Positions 1 to 9,661 of a stretch of 64,000 bases of DNA are shown one piece after another. Within the stretch, counting starts at the first letter, position 1, and each line of letters starts with the position of its first letter. Source of the stretch: Ignavibacteria bacterium (GTDB lineage: Bacteria; Bacteroidota; Ignavibacteria; Kapaibacteriales; Kapaibacteriaceae); assembly GCA_947495975.1 (NCBI GenBank), contig CANMBE010000004.1, positions 78,380 through 142,379 of the forward strand, given 5' to 3'. The notes below the pieces were generated by a model. It worked only from the letters and a program-made list of their open reading frames with translations. It did no database searches and was not told the origin of the DNA. A program made the position numbers and the translations under genes.

Positions 1-570
1 CGTGACAAGGCGCCTTCCGGTGATGCAGCTAATGTAGAAGTTGTTGATGTTGGCAGCGGCGGTAACATTGGCAGCGTAGACAGCCTCATTCTTACTGCCA
101 TCGCAACAGACACTGCTTGGCTCAGCATTACAATGGATGGCACCCGAACACAGCAACTTATAGTTCTGCCTGAAGAAGAACACAGATGGAGCGCCAACGA
201 AAAATTCGTGGTATCACTTGGCAACGCTGGTGGCGTTCAGTTCTTTCGTAACGGTCGTCCACTCTCCCTGTTTGGAAAAACAGGAGAAGCTGTACGTGAG
301 GTTACGATTACTCGGAAAGATGTTACAGCATCAAACACAACGTTTAAAGCACCGCAACCGCTAGGTTCAGCTACACCAAAAAAGCCAGTAGTAGCGCCTT
401 CAGCAAAGCCCATCGTTAAGCCTACAGCAGCGCAGTCAATCACAAGGCCCCCTGTCAAACGTGCCGTTGTGCCAAGTTCTAAACCGATAAAGAAAATCGC
501 ACAGACGCAACGCAAGAGGCTCGAGCGTCCACTAATAACGCCTGTGCCGCCGCTCCCAGTGAGGCGCTGA
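1..570 (+). CDS. RodZ-like protein, C-terminal part (DUF4115 domain plus Pro/Lys-rich tail); 5' end outside window
   Basis: Frame open from base 1; L-T-A-x-x-x-x-x-A-W-L-S-I-x-x-D-G ... LGNAGGV-x-F-x-x-NG pattern typical of DUF4115. Confidence 0.7.
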   Translation, partial: RDKAPSGDAANVEVVDVGSGGNIGSVDSLILTAIATDTAWLSITMDGTRTQQLIVLPEEEHRWSANEKFVVSLGNAGGVQFFRNGRPLSLFGKTGEAVREVTITRKDVTASNTTFKAPQPLGSATPKKPVVAPSAKPIVKPTAAQSITRPPVKRAVVPSSKPIKKIAQTQRKRLERPLITPVPPLPVRR

Positions 571-1539
571 TCAGAGTTGTGCGCGGATGATATCATGAAC
601 GCGGACAACGCCAACGCATCGATTGCTCGCTACCACCGGCACCACAGAAATCTGTCGCTCTCTGTTTTCCATTGTCTGCAGCGCAGAATGCAATGAGTCT
701 GATGGAGAGACAACGATTGGATTGCGCGTCATCACTGTCTCAAGCAGTGCATCCCTGACGTTTATTGATGACCCTACCAATCGCCGCACATCGCCATCAG
801 TTAGGATGCCTTGCAGTGTAGACTCTCCATCAAGAACGCAGATGATTCCCATCGAAGTATCTGTTAGCAATTGTACAGCGTCAGCTATCGATGCTGATGC
901 GGGCAAAGTAGGAATGTCACTTCCCGAATACATCACATCTTCCACACATCTCATAAGTGCGGCACCAATCGCTCCCTGAGGATGAGAACGTTGTAGACGA
1001 TCAATTACATCGCCATTCATTTGCGCAGCGGCCACACTTAATAAATCTGCCATAACAAGAGACTGCGTTGTACTTGCGGTGGGAAGAATATTATGAGGGT
1101 CGAGCTCGCGGACGATTGGAACAACAAGTGTGTACGCGGACAGTGCTTCAAGCGATGTTCTTGTCCTACACGTAATTGAGATGACGGTGATCCCAAGTTG
1201 TTGAACAAGTTTAACAAGATGAATCACTTCTGGAGTTTCACCACTTTTAGAAAACGCAACAAGGACGTCCGTTTCCGATAGCATGCCTAGATCTCCATGC
1301 AGAGCATCTACAGGATGAAGATATACTCCAGGGATGTGCACACTGGTTATGGTTGCGGCCATCTTTCTAGCAATGAAGCCAGACTTCCCTAACCCGGTTG
1401 CTACCACCTTTGACGCTTTCGCAATGGCTGTGGCGGCTTGAACGAATGTGTCGTCAATTTGCAACTCTAGTAACTGCAGCGCCTGGGATTGCAACACCAG
1501 CCCACCTCGTGCGATCGATTTAATCTCTTCTGATGTCAT
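571..1539 (-). CDS. kdsD: KpsF/GutQ family arabinose-5-phosphate isomerase (SIS domain plus CBS pair)
   Basis: TGLGKSG, HPVDALHGDLG, SKSGET, PTASTT, HPQG motifs; C-terminal GILTDGDVRR CBS pair. Confidence 0.88.
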   Translation of the reverse strand: MTSEEIKSIARGGLVLQSQALQLLELQIDDTFVQAATAIAKASKVVATGLGKSGFIARKMAATITSVHIPGVYLHPVDALHGDLGMLSETDVLVAFSKSGETPEVIHLVKLVQQLGITVISITCRTRTSLEALSAYTLVVPIVRELDPHNILPTASTTQSLVMADLLSVAAAQMNGDVIDRLQRSHPQGAIGAALMRCVEDVMYSGSDIPTLPASASIADAVQLLTDTSMGIICVLDGESTLQGILTDGDVRRLVGSSINVRDALLETVMTRNPIVVSPSDSLHSALQTMENRERQISVVPVVASNRCVGVVRVHDIIRAQL

Positions 1540-1554
1540 GACACGAATCTCCGA

Positions 1555-1596
1555 AATAAAAAGAAGCCCTCGGCATAAATATGCCGAGGGCTTCTT
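1555..1596 (-). terminator. Intrinsic terminator of the 1569-aa gene
   Basis: Perfect inverted repeat aagaagccctcggcat-aaat-atgccgagggcttctt followed by a T-rich tract on the - strand. Confidence 0.85.
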
Positions 1597-1615
1597 GTAT
1601 TAGCTGTCGTTCTGT

Positions 1616-4600
1616 TTAGCGAACGATCGTTAGAGTCTTAGAAAGTACCGTCTCTCCTACTGTGAGCTTGTACATGTAAGAACCAGACGCAACGTCTGTC
1701 CCTGCACTACTGCGGCCATCCCACTCAACAGCATAATTGCCGTTTGAGCCGGCCACATCATTGTTGTACATGGTCTGAACAAGGTTGCCCATCATATCGA
1801 ACAGCTCAAGTCTCACTTTGGAGCTGAAAGGAACGAGGAAGCTGAACGTTGTCTTGCCATTTGTTGGGTTTGGATAGTTGTCTTCGAGTGCAACAGCCGC
1901 TGATGCACCGAATTCTACATTCACAACATTTGAGAAGGATTGCGCACCGCTAATATCAACCTGACGTAGACGATACTCATACGTGGCAGACTTAGCTACG
2001 TTAACATCATAGAATTTGTAATTCGATGCTTGCGTTGAGTTACCCACTCCTGGTACATAACCTACAGATTGCCATGGGTTCTCTTCAGAGCCCGTGCGAT
2101 CTACACATGTAAGACTTATAACACCAGTTGTAAGGTTTGTAGACTCCTTCATACCACGACGCTCAACATGGAATCCAGCATTATTCTTCTCGGAAGCCGT
2201 CTCCCAGAACAGATCAACACCAGTGGCACGTGCTTTGGCATCAAAGTAGCTCAGCTCTACAGGAACTACACAATCAATGAAGATCGGCGGGCTCGAGAAC
2301 GAACGATTGCCGAAGTATGGACGAAGCATTGGGATCCATGAACCACGTGTGAACGTAGCATAGCCCAAGCTCATACCCATAGCATTAAGGTGTGCATATC
2401 CTGGATTACCGATTGTTGGAGTAAACGGTACCCAATCGCCGCTAAAGCGTGTAAGCTCATATGCAAAACGGTTGTCGTTAAGAAGTGCACCACTACGCGA
2501 GCGAACACGAAAGTTCTTATCGATCAACAGCGTGCGATTACCAATACCGAACACCGGAATGTCCGAATAAAGAGTGGTAACCATACCCATGCGAGACTCA
2601 GATGCACCAAGTTCATAACCTTCTGTACCCATTTGAGCAACGGTTGTCCAATATTCACCCGGTGGAATCACAACTGGCTTGTCAAGAAGATAGGTTACAT
2701 ACTTGCCGAACTGAGGCTCAGTAAACGCACCAGTTTGATCTTCACCACGACGGCGGAGAATAGTTGAGTTTGCGATACGCTCATCGCCCGGCACACCACC
2801 CTGGTCTTTGTAAAGCGAGAACGAGATGTTCAAAATATCCTGGTTGAGTTCTGCCCAGTATGCTTGATATCCACCAACAGTGTCTTGTGAATACAATGTA
2901 AATCTCATTGCTATCTGACCAGATGCATTACCAGCATCAGAACCGTACATGTCATCACCAGAGAGGCCTAATGGGAATGTTCCCCAGGTAGCACCCGTTG
3001 TGTATTGCGATGCTGGTCCTACAAGTGGCGACTGCCATCCTGAACCTTCAGCACCTGAAGAGGCACCACGATGGCTCAGACCCTTACCTGTTATACCAGA
3101 AAACTGAAGTTTCGGTACGTCATTCGTTGCATTAAGCGGATTGGTCTCGTACGAGAACGACGGTCCAAATGTCATTACAAACGTTGTGAAGGTTGAGTCA
3201 TTCAGTGTGTCTAGGTCATTTCCTGGGAAGAAGATCCTACCAGTGATCTTGTAACGGCCAGGAGTGGTTGTACGGAAGTTTGCATCCGGGAATGGAAGCA
3301 ATACTTCGCGATTGCCTGCGAGAGTAGGAATAGTGATCGTGCGGCAATAAATCTGCTGAAACTCGTTACCATCAGGCTTGATCTGAACGCGCACCGAGAA
3401 AGCCGGTGCAGCCATGTTCGTGTTGTTTGAAATCTTTACACGAATAGGAACACGTGTGGCCTGTGAGGCAGGAGCCATGGTGTATGGCCAGATCAATTGG
3501 ATGTTGCTGAATTCAACGTCCGTCACTTCATCTGGGAAGAGGATCTTTACGTTGTCGATAAAGAAGTTGTCCTCATCATCAGCTGGGTTAGGAGGCGTAG
3601 AGTTATTTACGCAGCGCGCACGAAGACGGAAACGGAAGTTACGAGCACCTTCGTTTACCCAATTGAGCACAGTGTCTGGGATTGGAATTGTGACTTTGTA
3701 GTATTCAGCGTCTTTACCATCGTCAAACAAGTCTTCGCGGAAACCACCGAGAGGTGGAGTCGAGGTGCTTTCCATTTGTTGATTGTAATTGACAAGATCA
3801 TAGCCGCGTGCATATCCACCACCACCCCAAACACGGAATGGCTGCAAATACTTGGTTCCACGGTTCTGAGCATCCATAACCCAATTCTGAATATTCGTAA
3901 TACCATTCAGTTGGTCTGTGCTTGGCTTTGCAAATTCAACCCAAATTTCGTCTGGATTGCGATATCCAGGCGTAAAGCCATTCACAGCAAGCATGTTCAC
4001 ACGATGCTCAGGTCCGATAAGACGGTTGTCTGAGAATCCGCGGCCGATGTTTGTAAGCTTGCCAGCACGTTGATAAGAAATCGAGAGAACAGCGCGCTTC
4101 TTGCGTGAAAGGTTGATTGGGAATGAACGGAGTTCATCACCACCGTATACGCCGATAGCAGGAATATCTCCATTGCTGAGGTTAACGCGGTTCATACGAA
4201 TGACCGGAGACTTCAGGCTGAAAATAGTAGAGTTTGCGGCAGGAAATTCGCCACGTGGAGGAGGTGGGTTGTTCGTAACCTCATCACCGTCAACAACGTC
4301 AGATTCGATGTTTACCCACTTGAGAACCGAAGGCATTGCTGCGCCACCTATGAGGTGATACTCAGTTACATCGTCATTGAAACTTGTTAAACGACGCATA
4401 ACGAATACACGGATGCTCGTTGTATCATCAAACGGCCATTGATCACCAATTGATTGGTTAATCGAATCCTTAGGCTCAGCGATAACTGTTGTAAGAAGGC
4501 GACCAATCTGATCATCAATAAACTCATTCGGTTCAAATGGCGGGAACACAATTTTGATGAATTCATACGGCAACACAAACGTGTTAACTGCCTGATATGC

Positions 4601-6325
4601 AAGGTTGGTACCATTAACATCGCAACGGTAGACCCCAGAGTTTAACGTATCTCTAAGAGCTCCATCAGTTACAATACGCGACGTGTTGTAAACAATCTTA
4701 CCGGATGCTTCATTAACGATGCGGAAACGAACCTTGAAGTTAATGCCCTGTTTGATGTAGTTAACACCTTGAGGACCCTGAATGTCATTTGTAAGGTTTT
4801 GCACGATAGCAACAGGTTGAATAGCTCCAAGGCGAATGTCGCCGGCGAGCAGTTCGTAGTTGTTAGCCGTTGCAGTAGGAACGATCACTGAGAACGAAAG
4901 ATTTGCGTTGTTATTCAGAGCACGTACACGGTACGAAACGTTGATAACACGAAGCACGTTCTTGTACTGCTTGAACTTTATCGCAAGGAAGTCCTTCGGC
5001 ACAGTGTTGTCGTCATTCCGCGAACTTGTTGCGCGAACACTACCTCCTGTATTCACGTTGTGCAGGTACTCAGTGTACTGAGTGTACTTTATCGTACTGT
5101 AATCCAATAGTGTAGCAACTGGCATCGTAGCGGGGAAGCCAGACCAGTTAAGTCTCCGTGCAGGACCGGAAACGCCTACAGTTGAGTTACAACGAACCCA
5201 TACAGTTGCAGGGTGTGGCTGAAGCGCAGCTCTCGGAGCAATTCCAAAGAAACGCTCGTATTGAACAACAACGGAGCTGTCATTGCGATTGAGCGTTACT
5301 TGAAGTGAGAATCGATAGTGCTCGCCAACACCTGGGCGGTTATTTGGTAGGAACGTTACGTTATGAGTAACGCCACCAACAACGGCAGTCTTGCCACCAA
5401 TAGGAGTAAGGTTTACGTAGTAAATAACGAGCTTGTCGTTTGACGGAGAGCGCTTGTAGTAGACCTTTGAGAAGTCATCCACAGCGCTGTTTTCCGTGTT
5501 GTACACGGAGACCTGAAGATCGTCCCATGCCGGAGCAATGACTTGAGGCATTGCACCACCGAATGTGCCGCTAAGAGCGTCAAGCGTAGAGTTAGCACCG
5601 GAGCGGATACCACCAGTTGCATTTGTGGGTGTACCGCCGCAAGCGATATTGTTAAAACCGAAGTTGTCTGGGGAAGCGTCAGTGAGTCCGTTACCTGAAC
5701 GACCTCTGGTATCGTCCGACATAGGATCATACGAAGAGAATACGCCCGGTGTAACTTCAAGTGACACGCGAGCGGTTGGGTAACCGAATGCGTCCGCTTC
5801 ATAAAAGTAGCGTCTATTTGAAAGCGCGATGAGGCCATTCGTAGAAACGTAGAACGAATCTTGACGCACGCCATTGAAGTAGAACGGAAAACCAATCGAA
5901 ACTGGACCGGCAAACGCGTTGTCCGTTGAGTCATTGAGATTGGCCGGATTCCGGAAGTAGGCATGCCCACCAAAAAGATTTTGTGCTGGATCTGTCCAGT
6001 ACGTTGTGGGAAGTTGGCGTGGACCTGAAACGATCCGGCGCCATGTACCTGGTTGAAACAACGTATCTACAAACTGGGTTGGGTCTGGACGCCAGAAATC
6101 TGGAGCTTCATCGTCAGAGTCGACGAAATAATACCCCGTAGAAATCGGCGGATTTGTGCGATTGTTGGCGCCATTCAAAACGAAAGGCAGTGGATACGAT
6201 GCCACCGGGGCACGGTTACCACTCTTACGCAACACATCCTCGCCATCTTTCCCGTCCCCTGCCATAGCAAGAGAAGAGCCAACCAATACAGTCATGAGAG
6301 CAAGAAGTAGGAGTCTGCGGCTCAT
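1616..6325 (-). CDS. Large secreted surface protein with T9SS/FlgD-Ig-type C-terminal domain
   Basis: Signal peptide; NIDO-like IGFPFYF...YVSTNGLI motif; CARDB-like Ig segment; PVELSYF...FWETASEKNNAGFHVER module; NYPNP...WDGR...ASGSYMYKL...KTLTIVR C-terminus. Confidence 0.85.
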   Translation of the reverse strand: MSRRLLLLALMTVLVGSSLAMAGDGKDGEDVLRKSGNRAPVASYPLPFVLNGANNRTNPPISTGYYFVDSDDEAPDFWRPDPTQFVDTLFQPGTWRRIVSGPRQLPTTYWTDPAQNLFGGHAYFRNPANLNDSTDNAFAGPVSIGFPFYFNGVRQDSFYVSTNGLIALSNRRYFYEADAFGYPTARVSLEVTPGVFSSYDPMSDDTRGRSGNGLTDASPDNFGFNNIACGGTPTNATGGIRSGANSTLDALSGTFGGAMPQVIAPAWDDLQVSVYNTENSAVDDFSKVYYKRSPSNDKLVIYYVNLTPIGGKTAVVGGVTHNVTFLPNNRPGVGEHYRFSLQVTLNRNDSSVVVQYERFFGIAPRAALQPHPATVWVRCNSTVGVSGPARRLNWSGFPATMPVATLLDYSTIKYTQYTEYLHNVNTGGSVRATSSRNDDNTVPKDFLAIKFKQYKNVLRVINVSYRVRALNNNANLSFSVIVPTATANNYELLAGDIRLGAIQPVAIVQNLTNDIQGPQGVNYIKQGINFKVRFRIVNEASGKIVYNTSRIVTDGALRDTLNSGVYRCDVNGTNLAYQAVNTFVLPYEFIKIVFPPFEPNEFIDDQIGRLLTTVIAEPKDSINQSIGDQWPFDDTTSIRVFVMRRLTSFNDDVTEYHLIGGAAMPSVLKWVNIESDVVDGDEVTNNPPPPRGEFPAANSTIFSLKSPVIRMNRVNLSNGDIPAIGVYGGDELRSFPINLSRKKRAVLSISYQRAGKLTNIGRGFSDNRLIGPEHRVNMLAVNGFTPGYRNPDEIWVEFAKPSTDQLNGITNIQNWVMDAQNRGTKYLQPFRVWGGGGYARGYDLVNYNQQMESTSTPPLGGFREDLFDDGKDAEYYKVTIPIPDTVLNWVNEGARNFRFRLRARCVNNSTPPNPADDEDNFFIDNVKILFPDEVTDVEFSNIQLIWPYTMAPASQATRVPIRVKISNNTNMAAPAFSVRVQIKPDGNEFQQIYCRTITIPTLAGNREVLLPFPDANFRTTTPGRYKITGRIFFPGNDLDTLNDSTFTTFVMTFGPSFSYETNPLNATNDVPKLQFSGITGKGLSHRGASSGAEGSGWQSPLVGPASQYTTGATWGTFPLGLSGDDMYGSDAGNASGQIAMRFTLYSQDTVGGYQAYWAELNQDILNISFSLYKDQGGVPGDERIANSTILRRRGEDQTGAFTEPQFGKYVTYLLDKPVVIPPGEYWTTVAQMGTEGYELGASESRMGMVTTLYSDIPVFGIGNRTLLIDKNFRVRSRSGALLNDNRFAYELTRFSGDWVPFTPTIGNPGYAHLNAMGMSLGYATFTRGSWIPMLRPYFGNRSFSSPPIFIDCVVPVELSYFDAKARATGVDLFWETASEKNNAGFHVERRGMKESTNLTTGVISLTCVDRTGSEENPWQSVGYVPGVGNSTQASNYKFYDVNVAKSATYEYRLRQVDISGAQSFSNVVNVEFGASAAVALEDNYPNPTNGKTTFSFLVPFSSKVRLELFDMMGNLVQTMYNNDVAGSNGNYAVEWDGRSSAGTDVASGSYMYKLTVGETVLSKTLTIVR

Positions 6326-6543
6326 GCATACCTCAATGAAACAGTGAACAAGTACATGATTTAATTACATTTTTAGTTCGTCGTGAGAATAGACTATTGT
6401 CCAACGCACGGGTTGGTGTACTCGGTAAAATTGTGATTTCGTTCGTAATTGTCAAACACTTTCTTCTAGAATCCGAATCACACGTAATTATACCGTTACA
6501 TAACATCAACAAACATGGGTTGGAAAAGTTACGAAACTATCAA

Positions 6544-7176
6544 TCAAAAAGATGCCTGTGTTGACAAGGGCAATTTTGCGTGAATTGACCGCGCAAACTG
6601 CTCCATAACGCCTGGATACAGCTCATTCTCTACCACTTTCATCCTACGTTGAAGATCTTCTGGATCAACACTCGGGCATACCAGCAAACGTTTCTGGCCC
6701 AGTATTGCCCCTTCGTCATACTGATCGGTTACAATATGCACGGTAGCTCCAGTTTCCAGGACGCCAGCGGCAAGTACGGACCGATGAACATGGAGTCCGA
6801 ACATGCCCTTACCTCCAAAGTCGGGCAAAAGTGCCGGGTGAATGTTCAGCACCCTGCCTTCGAGTCTGTGAATAACCTTGTCCGGCAATAGACGCATAAA
6901 TCCGGCCAAAGCAAGCGCTTCAACCTGAAATTCATCAATGGCCCTCACAATCTCTTCTCCCAGGGCTTCTCTCGAAAGTCCCTCCGGCAAGATCACAAGC
7001 GCAACTCCAGACCTTCGAGCTACATTGCAGATACCTGCTTTGGCAGATGTTGAGATAACTGCCTCAACAGAATATGCACACGTATCACGCTCCGCGTTCA
7101 CACAAAGAGCATGCGCATTTGTACCCGATCCGGATCCGAGAATTCCAACACGTAACCGTGCTAACAAAGGTGCCAT
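6544..7176 (-). CDS. purN: Phosphoribosylglycinamide formyltransferase (start probably ATG 7176)
   Basis: SGSGTN, LAGFMRLL, LNIHPALLP, GATVH, YDEGAIL motifs. Confidence 0.92.
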   Translation of the reverse strand: MAPLLARLRVGILGSGSGTNAHALCVNAERDTCAYSVEAVISTSAKAGICNVARRSGVALVILPEGLSREALGEEIVRAIDEFQVEALALAGFMRLLPDKVIHRLEGRVLNIHPALLPDFGGKGMFGLHVHRSVLAAGVLETGATVHIVTDQYDEGAILGQKRLLVCPSVDPEDLQRRMKVVENELYPGVMEQFARSIHAKLPLSTQASF

Positions 7177-7282
7177 CCAATAATGTACTGCCGTTCGACA
7201 ATTTCCTGCAAAGGAACTTTTGCACAACGAACTACATTTTTTCCAACGCCGAACGTTCCGTACCCTATCTCATTGACCGCAC

Positions 7283-9661
7283 ATGCTGTATAAAACATCA
7301 ATTTCTCGTAGTACTCTGATTCTTGTCTGTTTTATCCTTCTGAATTGTCCTGTTGTGCTTTGCGCGAACCAAGAACAATCAGATAAAACTGGTACTGCCA
7401 TCCAGCCAACTGGAATAGTCTCGGGACAAGTAATTGATGCAACAACGCAACAGCCCATTGTGGGCGCAAGCGTTGTTGTTGTTGGTACAAAACGTGGGGC
7501 ATTGGCTAAAAAGGATGGTCGTTTTGTTATCTCAAACATACCGGCTGGGATCTTTTCAGTAAAAGCAACACTGGTTGGGTACGCGCCAGAAGTGAAGAGT
7601 GACATTGTCGTTAGCCCCGGGAAGCCAATCACCATTGAAATTCGGCTCTCGCCCAGAGTTATCCAGCTTGATGAAGCAGTGGTAATCTCTGACGCGTTCC
7701 GCACAGACGGGCAATCAATTTCATCTACGCAGTTGTTAACGAGTGAAGAGGTTCGCAGAGCACCCGGAGTTCAAGAAGATGTAGTAAGAGCAATCGCTCT
7801 TCTACCTGGTGTTGCAGTTACACAGGCTGGTAGGAATGATCTTGCGATTCGCGGAGGAGCCCCTTTCGAAAACCTGTTCTTAATCGATAACATCGAAGTA
7901 CCGAACATCAATCACTTTGGTTCACAGGGGTCTTCGGGCGGCCCACTTTCACTCGTGAACATTGCACTCGTTCGTGATATTTCACTTTCTACAGGGGGCT
8001 TTGGGCCTCGATTTGGCGACCGATTGTCATCTGTAACAAACCTGACCTTGCGAGAAGGAAACGATCAACGATTTGCCGGCGAAATTAATCTCAGCGCTAC
8101 AGGCGTTGGACTCGTAGCAGAGGGTCCGGTGGGAGAGCATGCAACGTATTTGGTTTCTGTTCGGCGCAGCTATCTTGATTTGATTTTTACGTTAGCGGGC
8201 TTTGGATTCATTCCCGAGTATTGGGATTTCTCTGGCAAGGTTACGTATGAAATCTCTCAACGAGATAAGCTCTCATTTCTTGCTATCGGCGCCATTGACA
8301 AGGTCCGTTTTAACAACACGCCAGAAAATCTTTATCAGAACAGTCGGACCACCGCTCCATCGCAGAACCAATACTTCGCCGGACTAACATGGAGGCACTT
8401 GCTAGACAACGGCTATGTAAATGTAACGCTCGGAAGATCATTCTCATACTACAATACGATTCAACAGGATTCGCTCGCTAACGACATTTTTCGAACTGTT
8501 ACGAACGAAGGTGAAAACTCCTTGCGTGCAGACTTCGTTACCTTCCCATCGTCATCATGGGAACTCAACATCGGCGCTATTGTCAAATATGCTAGCCTGC
8601 TTGACTACAGCGTGATCCTTCCAGGATACGTGAGACGAGACGCCTCAGGATCACCCGCTCCGTTAAACGTGGATACGTCTTTTACTGCCCTTCGTGGTGG
8701 CGCTTACATACAGGCGGAGTGGTCTGCAACTGACCTTCTCACAGTAACCCTAGGAGCCCGCGTTGACTATTATGCTTTCCTGGAAAGTAACAGGGCAGCA
8801 GTTTCTCCTCGCGCAACGCTGTCGTACCTCGTTGCCCAAGACATGACGTTGCGATTAAGTGTGGGGCGCTACTTTCAATCCCCTCAATACATTTGGCTTA
8901 TTGGCGATCCATCGAATCGCACAAATCTCCGACCCATAAAAGCAGATCAAGCCATCTTAGGTTGGGAATGGATTGCTACAACTGATCTAAAATTTCAAGT
9001 TGAAGCATATTATAAAACCTACGATGGCTACCCTACGAGAACATTTCGTCCACAAGCAGTTCTAGCGTCAGCTGGGTTTGAGGATATTTACAAGGACATC
9101 CCTTTTGGCCTTGAACCTCTAACCAACAATGGGACGGGCATTGCATTGGGGATTGAATTCTACTTGCAAAAGAAACTCAGCACCGCAATTCCTATCTACG
9201 GGATTGCATCCGTCTCAATCAACCGAACCCAATTCATTGCCACAGACGGCCAAAAGCGTCCAGGCTCCTTTGATACCCCCATCATCAGCACCCTCGCACT
9301 TGGATGGAGACCTGATGCAGAATGGGAAGTGAGCAGCAAACTTCGGTTGTCTCAAGGTCTTCCGTCAACACCATACATAACCACTGCTGCGCGTGCGCTG
9401 GAAACAGGTTTTCCCGTGGGTTCAATAGACTTTGATTTTTTCAATCAAGGGGCTCGGCTGCCATTCTTTTATGCGCTTGATGCGCGGGTAGACAAACGAT
9501 GGTTCTTTCCTGGTTGGCAACTCATTGTTTACGTTGATGTTCAGAATATTACTGGACGAAAGAACGTGAGCGGCAATCGATGGAACCAACAGACCCAGTC
9601 AATGGAAGCCCAGGAAAGCATTGGCGTTCTACCGTCAATCGGCATCAATATTCAATTCTAA
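7283..9661 (+). CDS. TonB-dependent receptor with N-terminal carboxypeptidase-regulatory-like domain
   Basis: [19 protein letters not shown]-domain; plug LLPGV...IRGG...[11 protein letters not shown]; beta-barrel ending in F. Confidence 0.9.
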   Translation: MLYKTSISRSTLILVCFILLNCPVVLCANQEQSDKTGTAIQPTGIVSGQVIDATTQQPIVGASVVVVGTKRGALAKKDGRFVISNIPAGIFSVKATLVGYAPEVKSDIVVSPGKPITIEIRLSPRVIQLDEAVVISDAFRTDGQSISSTQLLTSEEVRRAPGVQEDVVRAIALLPGVAVTQAGRNDLAIRGGAPFENLFLIDNIEVPNINHFGSQGSSGGPLSLVNIALVRDISLSTGGFGPRFGDRLSSVTNLTLREGNDQRFAGEINLSATGVGLVAEGPVGEHATYLVSVRRSYLDLIFTLAGFGFIPEYWDFSGKVTYEISQRDKLSFLAIGAIDKVRFNNTPENLYQNSRTTAPSQNQYFAGLTWRHLLDNGYVNVTLGRSFSYYNTIQQDSLANDIFRTVTNEGENSLRADFVTFPSSSWELNIGAIVKYASLLDYSVILPGYVRRDASGSPAPLNVDTSFTALRGGAYIQAEWSATDLLTVTLGARVDYYAFLESNRAAVSPRATLSYLVAQDMTLRLSVGRYFQSPQYIWLIGDPSNRTNLRPIKADQAILGWEWIATTDLKFQVEAYYKTYDGYPTRTFRPQAVLASAGFEDIYKDIPFGLEPLTNNGTGIALGIEFYLQKKLSTAIPIYGIASVSINRTQFIATDGQKRPGSFDTPIISTLALGWRPDAEWEVSSKLRLSQGLPSTPYITTAARALETGFPVGSIDFDFFNQGARLPFFYALDARVDKRWFFPGWQLIVYVDVQNITGRKNVSGNRWNQQTQSMEAQESIGVLPSIGINIQF

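Noticed and set aside
6326..6543. CRP-like half-site and GTAA-N8-TTAC palindrome upstream of the large secreted gene
   Set aside because: Short matches in AT-rich DNA; not distinguishable from chance without comparative data
7177..7282. Cobalamin riboswitch for the TonB receptor next to metH
   Set aside because: The gap is about 100 bp with no B12-box; the genes are convergent, so BtuB function is unsupported
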